A DNA stretch of 64,000 bases from an uncultured Alphaproteobacteria bacterium (GTDB taxonomy: Bacteria; Pseudomonadota; Alphaproteobacteria; Rhizobiales; Methyloligellaceae): the NCBI GenBank assembly GCA_963804705.1, contig CAWDRM010000018.1, forward strand, positions 343,675-407,674, in the 5' to 3' direction. Positions 34,462 through 45,476 of the stretch are shown here, piece by piece; the stretch's first letter is position 1; each line of letters begins with the position of its first letter. The notes below the pieces were generated by a model. The model ran no database searches. It was not told where the DNA came from and worked only from the letters and a program-made list of their open reading frames with translations. A program made the translations under genes and the position numbers.

Positions 34462-35883
34462 TTAGGCCGGTGCTCCGGCCGTGTCGAAATGGCTTTGCAG
34501 GGCTTCGACCAAAGGGGCCATGCGGCTGCCGAGCGACCCTTTGATCATCACCACGTCGCCAGCGCCGACCCCGCTGGTCAGCATAGGTGCAAGCTGCTCG
34601 GAGGTCTTGGCGTAGGCGCCCCGGCGGGCCGGCGGCAGGGCCTCATACAGTCCACGCATCATCTCGCCGCAGGCAAAGACGATATCCACGCCGGCCTTGT
34701 CGATGTCCTCGGCCAGCTCCTGATGGAGCTTCGGGCCGAGGCCGCCAAGCTCCAGCATGTCGCCCAGCACGGCAACGCGGCGCTTAAACTCCGATCTCGG
34801 CGTCAGCCCCAGCGTGGCGAGCGCCGCGCGCATGGACGCCGGGTTGGCGTTATAGCTCTCGTCGATGATGGCGATGCGGCCTTGCTTACCGCCGATGACG
34901 ATGCGCGCGCCGCGGCCGGTTTGGGCGCGCCAGCCGGCAAGCGCGCGGCCAGCGGCTTTGAGGTCGGCGCCGGCGACCTTGGCCGCGGCGAGCACGGCGA
35001 GCGAATTCTGCACGAGGTGAGCGCCGGGCGCGCCGATATGATAGCTGATGGTCTCGCCCATGATGTCGGCCTTCACGTCGGAGCCGTCGGGAGCAAGCTC
35101 GACGCTTAACGCCCGCGCCTCTGCGCCTGGCGTCTGGCCGAAGCCGACGATCTGCGCTTTGCGCTGGAGCGCATGGCGCCGGAGGCGCTCGTAATAGGCG
35201 TTGTCGCGGTTGAGGATGGCCGCGCCGCCGGGAACCAGCCCTTCCAAGATCTCGGCCTTGGCGTCGGCGATCGCCTCCACCGAGCGGAAGAAGCCGAGAT
35301 GCACCGGCGCCACCGTGGTGATGATGGCGATGCGCGGCCGGATCAGCTTCGTGAGCTCGCTGAGCTCGCCCGTATGGTTCATGCCGGCCTCGAACACGCC
35401 GAACCGCGTGGTATCGCGCATATTGGCCAGCGACAGCGGCACGCCCCAATGGTTGTTGTAGGATTTGGACGAGACGTGCACCGTGCCGGAGGGCGCGAGC
35501 GCGAGCTTCAGCGCCTCCTTAGTGCCGGTCTTGCCGACGCTGCCGGTAACGGCGATGACCACCGCGTCGGCGGCCCTCGCTCGTGCCGCCGCGCCGAGAT
35601 CGTTGAGCGCGGCAAGCGTATCGGCAACGCGCAGCAAGCGGACCTCGCCACGCGGACCTTGATAACCCTGCTCGACGATGGCGCAGGAGGCGCCTTGGAC
35701 GAGCGCAGCGGCGACGAAGGCCTGTCCGTCGCGGTTGGCGCCGCGGAGCGAGAGGAAGGCCTCGTCCGGCGCCAAGCTCCGGCTGTCGATGGAGATGCCG
35801 CTGACGGGGGTGCTCGCCCTAGCGGCGCATTTGCCCCGCACGGCCTTGGCCATCTCACCTATGGTCCAGAGCGGCTTAGTCAC
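34462..35883 (-). CDS. murF: UDP-MurNAc-tripeptide--D-alanyl-D-alanine ligase
   Basis: 473-aa Mur ligase (..VTGSVGKTGTKE..). dcw synteny. A 124-nt gap separates it from mraY. Confidence 0.9.
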   Translation of the reverse strand: MTKPLWTIGEMAKAVRGKCAARASTPVSGISIDSRSLAPDEAFLSLRGANRDGQAFVAAALVQGASCAIVEQGYQGPRGEVRLLRVADTLAALNDLGAAARARAADAVVIAVTGSVGKTGTKEALKLALAPSGTVHVSSKSYNNHWGVPLSLANMRDTTRFGVFEAGMNHTGELSELTKLIRPRIAIITTVAPVHLGFFRSVEAIADAKAEILEGLVPGGAAILNRDNAYYERLRRHALQRKAQIVGFGQTPGAEARALSVELAPDGSDVKADIMGETISYHIGAPGAHLVQNSLAVLAAAKVAGADLKAAGRALAGWRAQTGRGARIVIGGKQGRIAIIDESYNANPASMRAALATLGLTPRSEFKRRVAVLGDMLELGGLGPKLHQELAEDIDKAGVDIVFACGEMMRGLYEALPPARRGAYAKTSEQLAPMLTSGVGAGDVVMIKGSLGSRMAPLVEALQSHFDTAGAPA

Positions 35884-37351
35884 GCTTCGCCTCGTCCTTC
35901 AGCGCGGCTAGAACCGCGTCATGGTCAGAATAGGGAATGATCGTGCCTTTGACGATCTGTCCCGTCTCATGGCCTTTGCCCGCGATCAAGAGGACATCGC
36001 CTTGTCGCAGCCCGGCGATCGCCTCGGCCACGGCGGTGGCGCGGCTGGCAATCTCGATTGCGCCGGGCGCAGCCGCCAAGATCGCGCGGCGGATGTCCGC
36101 CGGCTCTTCGCTCCGCGGGTTATCGTCAGTAACGATGGCCAAATCTGCTTTCTCCGCCGCCACGGCCCCCATTTGCGGCCGCTTGCCCTTGTCGCGGTCG
36201 CCGCCGCAGCCGAACACCAGCGCGAGCCTGCCCCGCACATAAGGCCGTAAAGCGTCGAGGGCCTTGGCGAGCGCATCGGGCGTATGGGCATAGTCGATGA
36301 AGATCGGAGCGCCGGGAGCGGCGGTGCCGGCAAGCTCGAGGCGCCCCCGCGCGCCGCGGAGATCGGCAAGGAGCGGTAGCGCCGTCGAGGCGCTTGTTCC
36401 AGTCGCCATGGCGAGGCCAGCCGCAACGAGCGCGTTGGAAGCCTGGAAGGCGCCGACCAGCGGCAGGCGGACGCTCTCTTTCCTGCCCGCATGCTCCACC
36501 ACCAGGCGCTGGCCGAAACCGTCCTGCTCGGCGGAGAAGAGCCGCAAATCCTCTCCGGCTCGCCCCACCGAGATCAGTTTGAGCCCTCGCGCCTTGGCGG
36601 CCGCCGCTACGCGCAAGGCCCCTTCGCTGTCGACATCGATCACGGCACCGGCGCCGGGAGGCAAGAGTTCGCTAAACAGGCGAAGCTTCTCGACGAAATA
36701 GGCCTCGAAGCCCGGATGATAGTCGAGATGGTCGCGGGAGATATTGGTGAAGGCGCCCGCGGCAAGCCGCACGCCGTCGATGCGACGCTGCTCGAGGCCA
36801 TGGCTCGAAGCTTCGAGCGCGAGATGGGTGACGCCCGATTTGGCGAGGCCCGCCAGGATGCGATGCAACTCGATGGGGTCCGGCGTGGTGTGGGCCAGCG
36901 TCTCGGTGCCCGACGGCCCCACGACGCCGACGGTGCCGAGGCTTGCGGCGACGAGGCCCTGTTGCTCCCAGAGCTGGCGTACGAAAGAGGCGACGGATGT
37001 CTTGCCGTTGGTGCCGGTGACGGCCACGGCAATGTCCGGCTGGGTGCCGAAGAAGCGCGCCGCAATCAGGGCAAGCCGACGGCGCGGATCGGCGTCCTCA
37101 ACGAGCGGCATGCCATTGAAGGGCGTCCCGCTGAGAGCGTAGGCGCCGCCTTGCGGCATCAGGATCGCCGCGGCTCCCCGTGCTAGAGCGTCGGCGATGA
37201 AGCGGGAGCCATCGGTGCGCGATCCAGGGAGTGCCGCGAATAGATCGCCGGGCTTGACCGCGCGGCTATCGGCCGTAAGCCCCAAAATCGGAACTTTCAG
37301 CCATGACGCGGGCAGCGAAGCCTCCGGCCCAATCAACTCACCAAGGGTCAT
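35876..37351 (-). CDS. murE: UDP-MurNAc-L-Ala-D-Glu--2,6-diaminopimelate ligase
   Basis: MTLGELIG.. from ATG 37351, ..VTGTNGKTSVASF.., and the DNPRSE motif typical of meso-DAP-adding MurE. Confidence 0.9.
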   Translation of the reverse strand: MTLGELIGPEASLPASWLKVPILGLTADSRAVKPGDLFAALPGSRTDGSRFIADALARGAAAILMPQGGAYALSGTPFNGMPLVEDADPRRRLALIAARFFGTQPDIAVAVTGTNGKTSVASFVRQLWEQQGLVAASLGTVGVVGPSGTETLAHTTPDPIELHRILAGLAKSGVTHLALEASSHGLEQRRIDGVRLAAGAFTNISRDHLDYHPGFEAYFVEKLRLFSELLPPGAGAVIDVDSEGALRVAAAAKARGLKLISVGRAGEDLRLFSAEQDGFGQRLVVEHAGRKESVRLPLVGAFQASNALVAAGLAMATGTSASTALPLLADLRGARGRLELAGTAAPGAPIFIDYAHTPDALAKALDALRPYVRGRLALVFGCGGDRDKGKRPQMGAVAAEKADLAIVTDDNPRSEEPADIRRAILAAAPGAIEIASRATAVAEAIAGLRQGDVLLIAGKGHETGQIVKGTIIPYSDHDAVLAALKDEAKRD

Positions 37352-37435
37352 GACTGAACATCCGCCCCTCGCAGCCGCCGGACTCCCCCAAAGAGCGCCC
37401 AACAGGACCGGCAAAGGGCCCGGAACCGGCGCCTT

Positions 37436-39139
37436 TTAATAGGAGGCGAGCACCTTCTCGTCAAACTTGCGCTGGTCGCCGTCTAGCTTTGGCGCCACGC
37501 CGAGAATGGGACCGATGCGCTCGACGATCCTGCCGGTGGTGGGGGCGGCATTCACACCGGCGGTCTGCTGATTGTCGGTTTCGGGGACGCGTTCCGGCTC
37601 GTCGAGCATGACCAGCACGAGATATTCCGGAGCGTCGGTGGGAAAGGCGGCAAGAAACGAGGTCAGGACCTTTGAACCTTCATAATGGCGGCCGACCACT
37701 TTATCGGCGGTCCCCGTCTTGCCGCCGACGCGGTAGCCTTCGGCGTCGGCGCGCTTGCCGGTACCTTTCAGGACGTTGAGGCGCATCAGCGAAAGCATCT
37801 CCTGACTCGTCGACGATTTGAGCACGCTCGGGCTTTCGCGAAGAGCGGCCAGGCGAGGCCGGGGCAGGAAGGTGGGGCTCACCGCGAAGCCGCCATTGAC
37901 CAGGGGCAGCGCCGCAGACGCAACCTGCAAGGGCGTGACCGACAAGCCATGGCCGAAGGCGATGGTGATGGTGTTCAGCTTCTCCCAGGGCGACGGCACG
38001 ATGGGAGCGGCGCCTTCGCCAATCTCGGTGGACAGGCGGTTCAAGAGACCGAGTTTGCGCAGGAATTCCTTGTGGCGGTCGATGCCGAGATCGAGCGCCA
38101 TCTTCGCCGCGCCGATATTGGAGGAATAGATGAAGATCTCCGGCACGGTCAGTCTTCGCTTCTTGGCGTGGAAATCCTCGATGGTGAAGGAGGCGACGTG
38201 GATCGGCTGGCTCGCGTCATAGCTCGAGCGCAAGGTCGAGCTGCCGGCATCGAGCGCCGCAGCCGCGGTGAACACCTTGAACACCGAGCCCATCTCATAG
38301 ACCCCGGAGGTCATGCGGTTGAGCCGGTCCTTGTCGAGGGCCTGCTCCCGGTAATTCGGGTCGTAATCCGGCAGGGAGACGAGCGCCATGACCTCGCCGC
38401 TCTGCACGTCCAGCACAACACCGGCCGCGGCCTTGGCGTGATAGGAGGCCATTGCCTTGACCAGCTCCTCGCGGACGACGTGCTGCACGCCGAGATCGAG
38501 CGAGAGGGTGACGGCCTCGCCGCCCACCGCGTTGTCAGGGCTCGACATGGCAAGCTGGGGATTGTCGTCGATGAATTTCTCGATTCCGGCGAGGCCCTTA
38601 TTGTCGACATTGACATAGCCGACCACGTGGCAGGCGGTGGCGCCTACGGGGTAGACGCGGCGATATTCCTCGATGAAGCCGAGACCGGGCTGGCCAAGCT
38701 CGTGGATCTCAGCCTGCTGCTTCGGCGTGAGCTCACGCCGGATCGTCACGAATCTCCGGCCCTGCTTAAGCCGCTCGCGGAGATCGGCGGCGCTGATATC
38801 CGGGAGCACGCTCGAGACCTGCTCGATGAGTTCGTCCCGATCGATGACGCGCGCGGGGTCGGCATAGAGCGTCGCGCCCTTGATGTCGGTGGCGAGCAGC
38901 CGGCCGTTGCGATCGAGGATGTCGGGCCGGTGGACCGTCGTCGAGATGTCGTGGATGCCGCCCTGTCCAGGCTCAACGGGGGTGAAGCCGAGGCTTACGA
39001 GGCGGAGGCCGACGAGCAGGAAGCTCACCGCGAGAGCAAGGCAGGTGAGGCGGTAGCGGCCGCGGCTTCTCGCCAAATAGGCACGCTCGGCGCGGGGGGC
39101 GGCAGTACGGGTCTTGGGATTGTGGGTGAAGAGTCGCAA
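37436..39139 (-). CDS. ftsI: penicillin-binding protein 3-type transpeptidase FtsI
   Basis: 567 aa. N-terminal TM, PBP dimerisation domain, and transpeptidase motifs (SVFK, KTGTA). TTG start at 39139. Confidence 0.9.
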   Translation of the reverse strand: MRLFTHNPKTRTAAPRAERAYLARSRGRYRLTCLALAVSFLLVGLRLVSLGFTPVEPGQGGIHDISTTVHRPDILDRNGRLLATDIKGATLYADPARVIDRDELIEQVSSVLPDISAADLRERLKQGRRFVTIRRELTPKQQAEIHELGQPGLGFIEEYRRVYPVGATACHVVGYVNVDNKGLAGIEKFIDDNPQLAMSSPDNAVGGEAVTLSLDLGVQHVVREELVKAMASYHAKAAAGVVLDVQSGEVMALVSLPDYDPNYREQALDKDRLNRMTSGVYEMGSVFKVFTAAAALDAGSSTLRSSYDASQPIHVASFTIEDFHAKKRRLTVPEIFIYSSNIGAAKMALDLGIDRHKEFLRKLGLLNRLSTEIGEGAAPIVPSPWEKLNTITIAFGHGLSVTPLQVASAALPLVNGGFAVSPTFLPRPRLAALRESPSVLKSSTSQEMLSLMRLNVLKGTGKRADAEGYRVGGKTGTADKVVGRHYEGSKVLTSFLAAFPTDAPEYLVLVMLDEPERVPETDNQQTAGVNAAPTTGRIVERIGPILGVAPKLDGDQRKFDEKVLASY

Positions 39140-39143
39140 AGCT

Positions 39144-39527
39144 TTACTCGCCGGGTGCCGAAACCGTCACGGGCGGTAGAGCCGCCGCTGGAATGGCCTT
39201 GGCAGGATCCGAATTAACTGGGACAGCCTCAGCCTGAACGGTCCTGACCGTGACGGTTTTGACCGGAACGGTCTTGACGGTCTTCGCGGGACCGGCCTTG
39301 ACCGGGACAGTCTTCACCGGAACGGTCTTGACTGGAACGGTCTTGACCGTAGCGGTCTGGACCGGGGCTGTCTTGTCCGGAGCCGCGTCAGCGAGAGCAG
39401 CCGCCGCCGGAGAAGTCTTCTGGGCCGGAGCCGCCGCCCCGGCTGGAGCCGTCACTGCTGGGGCAGTCTCCGTAGCAGTCGCGGCTGGACCCATCTCGGC
39501 TTGACCAGCCTTGGCAGAGGACAGCAT
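39144..39527 (-). CDS. Ala/Pro/Thr/Val-rich repeat ORF, probably the frameshifted C-terminal extension of FtsL
   Basis: 127-aa ORF in a different frame from ftsL. It overlaps the ftsL tail by 140 nt and ends 4 nt before the ftsI start. It contains (K/R)TV(P/T)V pentapeptide repeats and has the composition of a real low-complexity periplasmic linker. Confidence 0.4.
   Translation of the reverse strand: MLSSAKAGQAEMGPAATATETAPAVTAPAGAAAPAQKTSPAAAALADAAPDKTAPVQTATVKTVPVKTVPVKTVPVKAGPAKTVKTVPVKTVTVRTVQAEAVPVNSDPAKAIPAAALPPVTVSAPGE
39246..39374. repeat. 15-nt tandem repeat (about 8 units, consensus GACCGGAACGGTCTT on + strand)
   Basis: Units at 39246, 39261, (irregular 24 nt), 39300, 39315, 39330, 39345 and 39360. 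They encode the KTVPV repeats on the minus strand. Confidence 0.85.
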
Positions 39528-39861
39528 CTGCTGGAGCGGCGGAGGCCACCGTTTGGTCCGCGGCCTTCACCCGGGCCCGCGCGAAGTCTCTTTCCGACAC
39601 CGTGTCGAGGGTGACGAGCTGGCTCGCTCGCGCAGGCGCGAGCTTGAGACATTTCTGGGCCAGACGCTCGATCCGCTCGGGCCGATTGAGCAGGCTCCAT
39701 TCGGCGCGCAGCACCGCGACGCCGTCCCGCTCGGCCTCGATGTCCTTGCTGAGCCCGGCGATCTCCTCATCGAGGGCGCGAGCTTGGTATTTCACCTCGT
39801 AAATGACATAGGCGAGCGCCACGAGGCCGAGGACGAGGCAGATATTGACGAAACGCAACAT
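39388..39861 (-). CDS. ftsL: FtsL-like cell division protein (as-read frame, 157 aa)
   Basis: MLRFVNICLVLGLVALAYVIYEVKYQARALDEEIAGLSKDIEAERDGVAVLRAEWSLLNRPERIERLA..: TM plus coiled coil in the rsmH-ftsI position. The last ~45 aa (..CQGWSSRDGSSRDCYGDCPSSDGSSRGGGSG..) look like out-of-frame junk. Confidence 0.7.
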   Translation of the reverse strand: MLRFVNICLVLGLVALAYVIYEVKYQARALDEEIAGLSKDIEAERDGVAVLRAEWSLLNRPERIERLAQKCLKLAPARASQLVTLDTVSERDFARARVKAADQTVASAAPADAVLCQGWSSRDGSSRDCYGDCPSSDGSSRGGGSGPEDFSGGGCSR

Positions 39862-39889
39862 ACTGAAAACCCGTAACTAAACGCTGTCG

Positions 39890-40921
39890 TCAGACAGACA
39901 GAGCGATGCGAGGCACCCCCAAAGCGGCGAGATCGAGAGCATGGGGCGGAGCCTCCGTACGTTCGCCGGCCCTGAGGCGCGCCGAGCGGGAACGGGGGTT
40001 CACCCTGATCTCTTCCTTCGATGGTGATACCGGACGCCGGTTAAGAAGGTGGAAGCTTGGCGCAAAATGTGTCGGCCCTTGAAGCGGCAAATGGCGCGAT
40101 CCGCGCGGCGCCGGCGTGCTTCGCGTGGCGAAAAAGCGCTTGGCGATGCGATCCTCGAGCGAATGGAAAGTGACGGCGACGAGACGGCCTTTCGGCCGGA
40201 GCACGTGCTCGGCCGCGCTCAGACCCCGCGCAAGCTCCTGAAGCTCGTCATTGAGATAGAGGCGGAGGGCCTGGAAGGTCCGGGTCGCGGGGTGCTTGGT
40301 GTCATCGTGCCGGCGGCCCAGCACTCCGGCGACGATATCGGCGAGCTCCCCCGTCCTTGCGAACGGCTGCTCATCCCTCCTCGCCACAATGGCGCGGGCG
40401 ATGGCGCGGGCGCGCTTCTCCTCGCCAAGGGTGCCGATGATGAAGGAGAGCTCCCGCTCGGGAAACGTATTGACCAGATCGCTCGCGGTCTGGCCCTCGT
40501 TTCCCATGCGCATGTCGAGCGGACCGTCCTTGATGAAGGAGAAGCCCCGCTCGGCCGTGTCGAGCTGCATGGAGGAAACGCCGAGGTCGAGCGCCACGCC
40601 GTCGACGGCGGGGATGCCTTCCCGTTCGGCGATCTGTTGCATCTCGGCGTAGCGGCCGAGGACGAATTTCAGGCGTCCGGGAAAATTGGCTTCAAGGGCG
40701 CGGGCGAAATTCGCGGCGTCCGGATCGCGATCGATGGCCAGCACGCTGCACCGCGCCGCTTCGAGTAGCCCGCGGCTATAGCCGCCCGCACCGAAGGTCC
40801 CGTCGATGAAGATCTTGCCGTCGCTTGGGCTAAGGGCCTCAATGACTTCCGAGAGCATCACGGGAATGTGGCGGGCCGGTCCGCCGGCGGCCGTAAAGCC
40901 CGTGCCGCGACCCGCCATCAT
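39890..40921 (-). CDS. rsmH: 16S rRNA (cytosine1402-N4)-methyltransferase
   Basis: ..HIPVMLSEVIEAL..IDGTFGAGGYSR..DLGVSSMQLD.. MraW/RsmH motifs. ATG 40921 forms an ATGA overlap with the mraZ stop. Confidence 0.9.
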   Translation of the reverse strand: MMAGRGTGFTAAGGPARHIPVMLSEVIEALSPSDGKIFIDGTFGAGGYSRGLLEAARCSVLAIDRDPDAANFARALEANFPGRLKFVLGRYAEMQQIAEREGIPAVDGVALDLGVSSMQLDTAERGFSFIKDGPLDMRMGNEGQTASDLVNTFPERELSFIIGTLGEEKRARAIARAIVARRDEQPFARTGELADIVAGVLGRRHDDTKHPATRTFQALRLYLNDELQELARGLSAAEHVLRPKGRLVAVTFHSLEDRIAKRFFATRSTPAPRGSRHLPLQGPTHFAPSFHLLNRRPVSPSKEEIRVNPRSRSARLRAGERTEAPPHALDLAALGVPRIALSV

Positions 40922-41400
40922 TCCCGTGCTCCCTCTGGCCCGCCGCTTCCGCGGCGCCCCGCGCCGAGTAACTTGCGGAGATCGCGGACCTTTTGGCGCG
41001 CTTCCGCCAAATGCGTTGCAAAACGTCCAGGCTCCCACATCTGGAATTTCTCGCCGAGGCCGACGAAGGTGATGTGGGTGGTGATGCCGGCGTGCTCCCT
41101 GAGCCGCTCCGGCAGAATGGTGCGCCCATCCTGATCGATAGAAAGGATTTCGCTAGTGCCGAATAAAGCGGTGGCGAGGTGGTCGCGCTCGTCGGAATAG
41201 GGCGCCAGATCCTCGACAAGGCCGTTGATCTTGTCGACCAGCCGCTGGCCGCCTGCATCGAGCGCAGGCGCATCGAGCGACGGATAGCAATAAATGCCGT
41301 CAAGGCCGTCCTTGGCGAGGACGGTGCGAAAGGAGGCAGGAACCGAAACGCGGCCTTTGGTGTCGATCTTATTGGTGAATGCCGAGACAAACTGGTCCAT
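40918..41400 (-). CDS. mraZ: transcriptional regulator MraZ
   Basis: MDQFVSAFTNKIDTKGRVSVPASFR.. and a second ..DQDGRTILPERLR.. SpoVT-AbrB repeat. Start at ATG 41400 within ORF 40918..41589. Confidence 0.9.
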   Translation of the reverse strand: MDQFVSAFTNKIDTKGRVSVPASFRTVLAKDGLDGIYCYPSLDAPALDAGGQRLVDKINGLVEDLAPYSDERDHLATALFGTSEILSIDQDGRTILPERLREHAGITTHITFVGLGEKFQMWEPGRFATHLAEARQKVRDLRKLLGAGRRGSGGPEGARE

Positions 41401-41556
41401 CTCCCCCTCATGGGCACCTGGGCCAACGCAAGACTTGGACACGCTCGGGTGCGAGACGCCTCGGCCGGAGAATTGGGTGGGAGAGGCGGCGCGGTCCCCC
41501 CGTGGCCTCAAAAGGAGCGCTGCCGAGCCTCCCCCACCCGTCACCGAACGGGCAAG

Positions 41557-41606
41557 CATGGGATAGCATGGGATATTATGGGTGGTCAAGGAATCTCATG
41601 GGAAAG
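41557..41606 (+). promoter_or_regulatory. 10-bp-phased (C/T)ATGGG direct repeats, candidate MraZ operator / Pmra region
   Basis: CATGGGATAG CATGGGATAT TATGGGTGGT caaggaatct CATGGGAAAG: four TGGG boxes on a strict 10-nt register in the AT-richer mraZ upstream region, 157-206 nt from the mraZ start. Confidence 0.4.
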
Positions 41607-41762
41607 TGCTTAACGAACGTAGTATTGCTGTGGGTAACCGGCGACGATCGGCGTGGCGCGGAGCGGCGCGGCTTTGAATTGCCCCTTGGTCGCGAAGCGC
41701 GTTACAAGGGCGGAAACGAGGGGACGGCTCGCGCTCAGCGGCGCCTCGCCTACGATAGAGGG

Positions 41763-42731
41763 ATGCGGACCATCGGCTTGGCGTCGGCGTTTATGCGCAA
41801 CAGTCGATTCGCAACGAGCCTCGGCGTGGCGGCGATTCTGCTTGGCCTTGGCGTCTCAGCCTCTGCCGGCGACGACGGGACCCAAGGCCCCTTCGCCCGG
41901 CTAGGGCCTCCGGAGGCGCCGGTGAAACTCTATGCGGTGGAGCGGGGCGAGGGTCCGCCAATTCTGTTGATCCACGGCTTCGGCACGAACGTTTTCACCT
42001 GGCGGCATATCGCGCCCGACCTTGCCCGCGATCATAAGGTCATCGCCGTCGACCTGAAGGGCTTCGGCCAATCCGACAAGCCGTTCGACGACCGCTATTC
42101 GGCCGCGGACCAGGCGGAGCTTCTCGTCCAGCTCATCCTCGATCGCGACCTTCGCAACCTCACCCTGATTGGCCATTCCTATGGTGGCGGGGTGGCGCTG
42201 CTCTTGGCGCTCGAGGCCGACACGCGACTCGAAGGGCGCATCACCAAGCTCGTGCTGCTCGACACCATCGCCTATCCGCAATCGATCCCGGTGTTCTTCA
42301 AGCTGCTCGACATGCCCGTCGTCTCGCAGCTCAGCCTGCGCATGGCCCCGGCCGCCTTACAGATTCAGATGGCGCTCAAGATCGCCTATTACGACCGCAG
42401 CAAGATCGGTCGCGACGAGATCGCGGCCTATGCCGAGCCGATGAAGACCGCGGCCGGAAAGCACGCCATCATCTATAGCGCGCGGCAGATCCTGCCGGCG
42501 GACGCGGAGCAAATCTCCGCGCGTTATTCATCGATCACGCTGCCCACGCTCATTCTGTGGTGCGACCACGACCGCATCGTGCCGCTCGGCGTCGGGCTGA
42601 AGCTGAGGCGCGCGATGCCCAACGCCACCTTCCGCTTGATCGATGAGTGCGGGCACATGCCGCAGGAGGAGCAGCCAGAGGCAACGCTGCTGCAAATCCG
42701 CGAATTTCTCGGCACCAAGGCCTCAGAATAA
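41763..42731 (+). CDS. alpha/beta hydrolase (signal peptide)
   Basis: MRTIGLASAFMRNSRFATSLGVAAILLGLGVSASA.., ..ILLIHGFGTNVFTWRHI.., nucleophile elbow GHSYGGG, and a C-terminal ..ECGHMPQEE. Start at ATG 41763 within ORF 41379..42731. Confidence 0.8.
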   Translation: MRTIGLASAFMRNSRFATSLGVAAILLGLGVSASAGDDGTQGPFARLGPPEAPVKLYAVERGEGPPILLIHGFGTNVFTWRHIAPDLARDHKVIAVDLKGFGQSDKPFDDRYSAADQAELLVQLILDRDLRNLTLIGHSYGGGVALLLALEADTRLEGRITKLVLLDTIAYPQSIPVFFKLLDMPVVSQLSLRMAPAALQIQMALKIAYYDRSKIGRDEIAAYAEPMKTAAGKHAIIYSARQILPADAEQISARYSSITLPTLILWCDHDRIVPLGVGLKLRRAMPNATFRLIDECGHMPQEEQPEATLLQIREFLGTKASE

Positions 42732-42893
42732 GCTATCCTTATCGCCGCGATAGGCAAATCCGATTTGCGCTGATGATGCGCCAGCCCTCAACTTCCGGCC
42801 CGGAACTTGCGGCGATATCTCGAAATACGCCAAGGTCAAGGCGCTGCAGCCGGGCGCCAAATAGTCCGTACGGAACAACTCGAAGAAAATTAG

Positions 42894-45111
<2,218 letters not shown>

Positions 45112-45270
45112 TCTCGGCTTCCTTCGACGGCGCGGCTCTATCTCAATGCGGCTTAGGCGATGTGGGGCGTGCCGCAGGAGATCGTCGAGCGGCAGCTTGC
45201 CCACTTCAAAAAGGCCCATCCGGACTATGAAGCGGGCGTGCGCCGCGAGCTCGACAAGATGACGCGCGCC
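45112..45270 (+). pseudogene. C-terminal stump of a monofunctional (haem) catalase
   Basis: The frame starting at 45112 reads [46 protein letters not shown]. This matches the catalase C-terminal block ..RLxxNIAxxMxGVPxEIqxRQlxHFxKADPxYGxGV.., with an in-frame TAG (45154-45156) and no upstream catalase body. Confidence 0.55.
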
Positions 45271-45393
45271 AAAGCGTCGAGATCGCTAAGCAGCGGAAAA
45301 TGCCGCAAGACGTCGAAGGCGCCGAGTAGCGGCTCACTGTCTCACGTGGTCGCCGCGAACCATCCCTCCCCTCGCGGGAGGGGCGACGCGTGC

Positions 45394-45437
45394 GGCCGGG
45401 TGAGGCGCCCTCTCGCCCCACCCGGCCAACATTTTTT
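45394..45437 (+). terminator. Rho-independent-type terminator (orphan, downstream of catalase stump)
   Basis: GGCCGGGTG (45394-45402) pairs with CACCCGGCC (45419-45427), followed by AACATTTTTT. Confidence 0.45.
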
Positions 45438-45476
45438 ACGAGATTGGTGAAGGGCTTTCGCCACGTGTCCCGCTCG

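Noticed and set aside
39246-39374. Tandem repeat considered as a possible CRISPR-like or VNTR array
   Set aside because: The units are 15 nt and contiguous with no spacers. They are in frame and encode a pentapeptide repeat. No cas genes are present. It is a coding minisatellite, not a CRISPR.
41379-41762. N-terminal extensions of ORFs: 41379..41762, 53175..53552, 61277..61615, 50682..51029, 23711..23779, 12010..12324
   Set aside because: These are upstream in-frame read-through typical of high-GC DNA. Family alignments, signal peptides or SD sequences support the internal starts given in the features.
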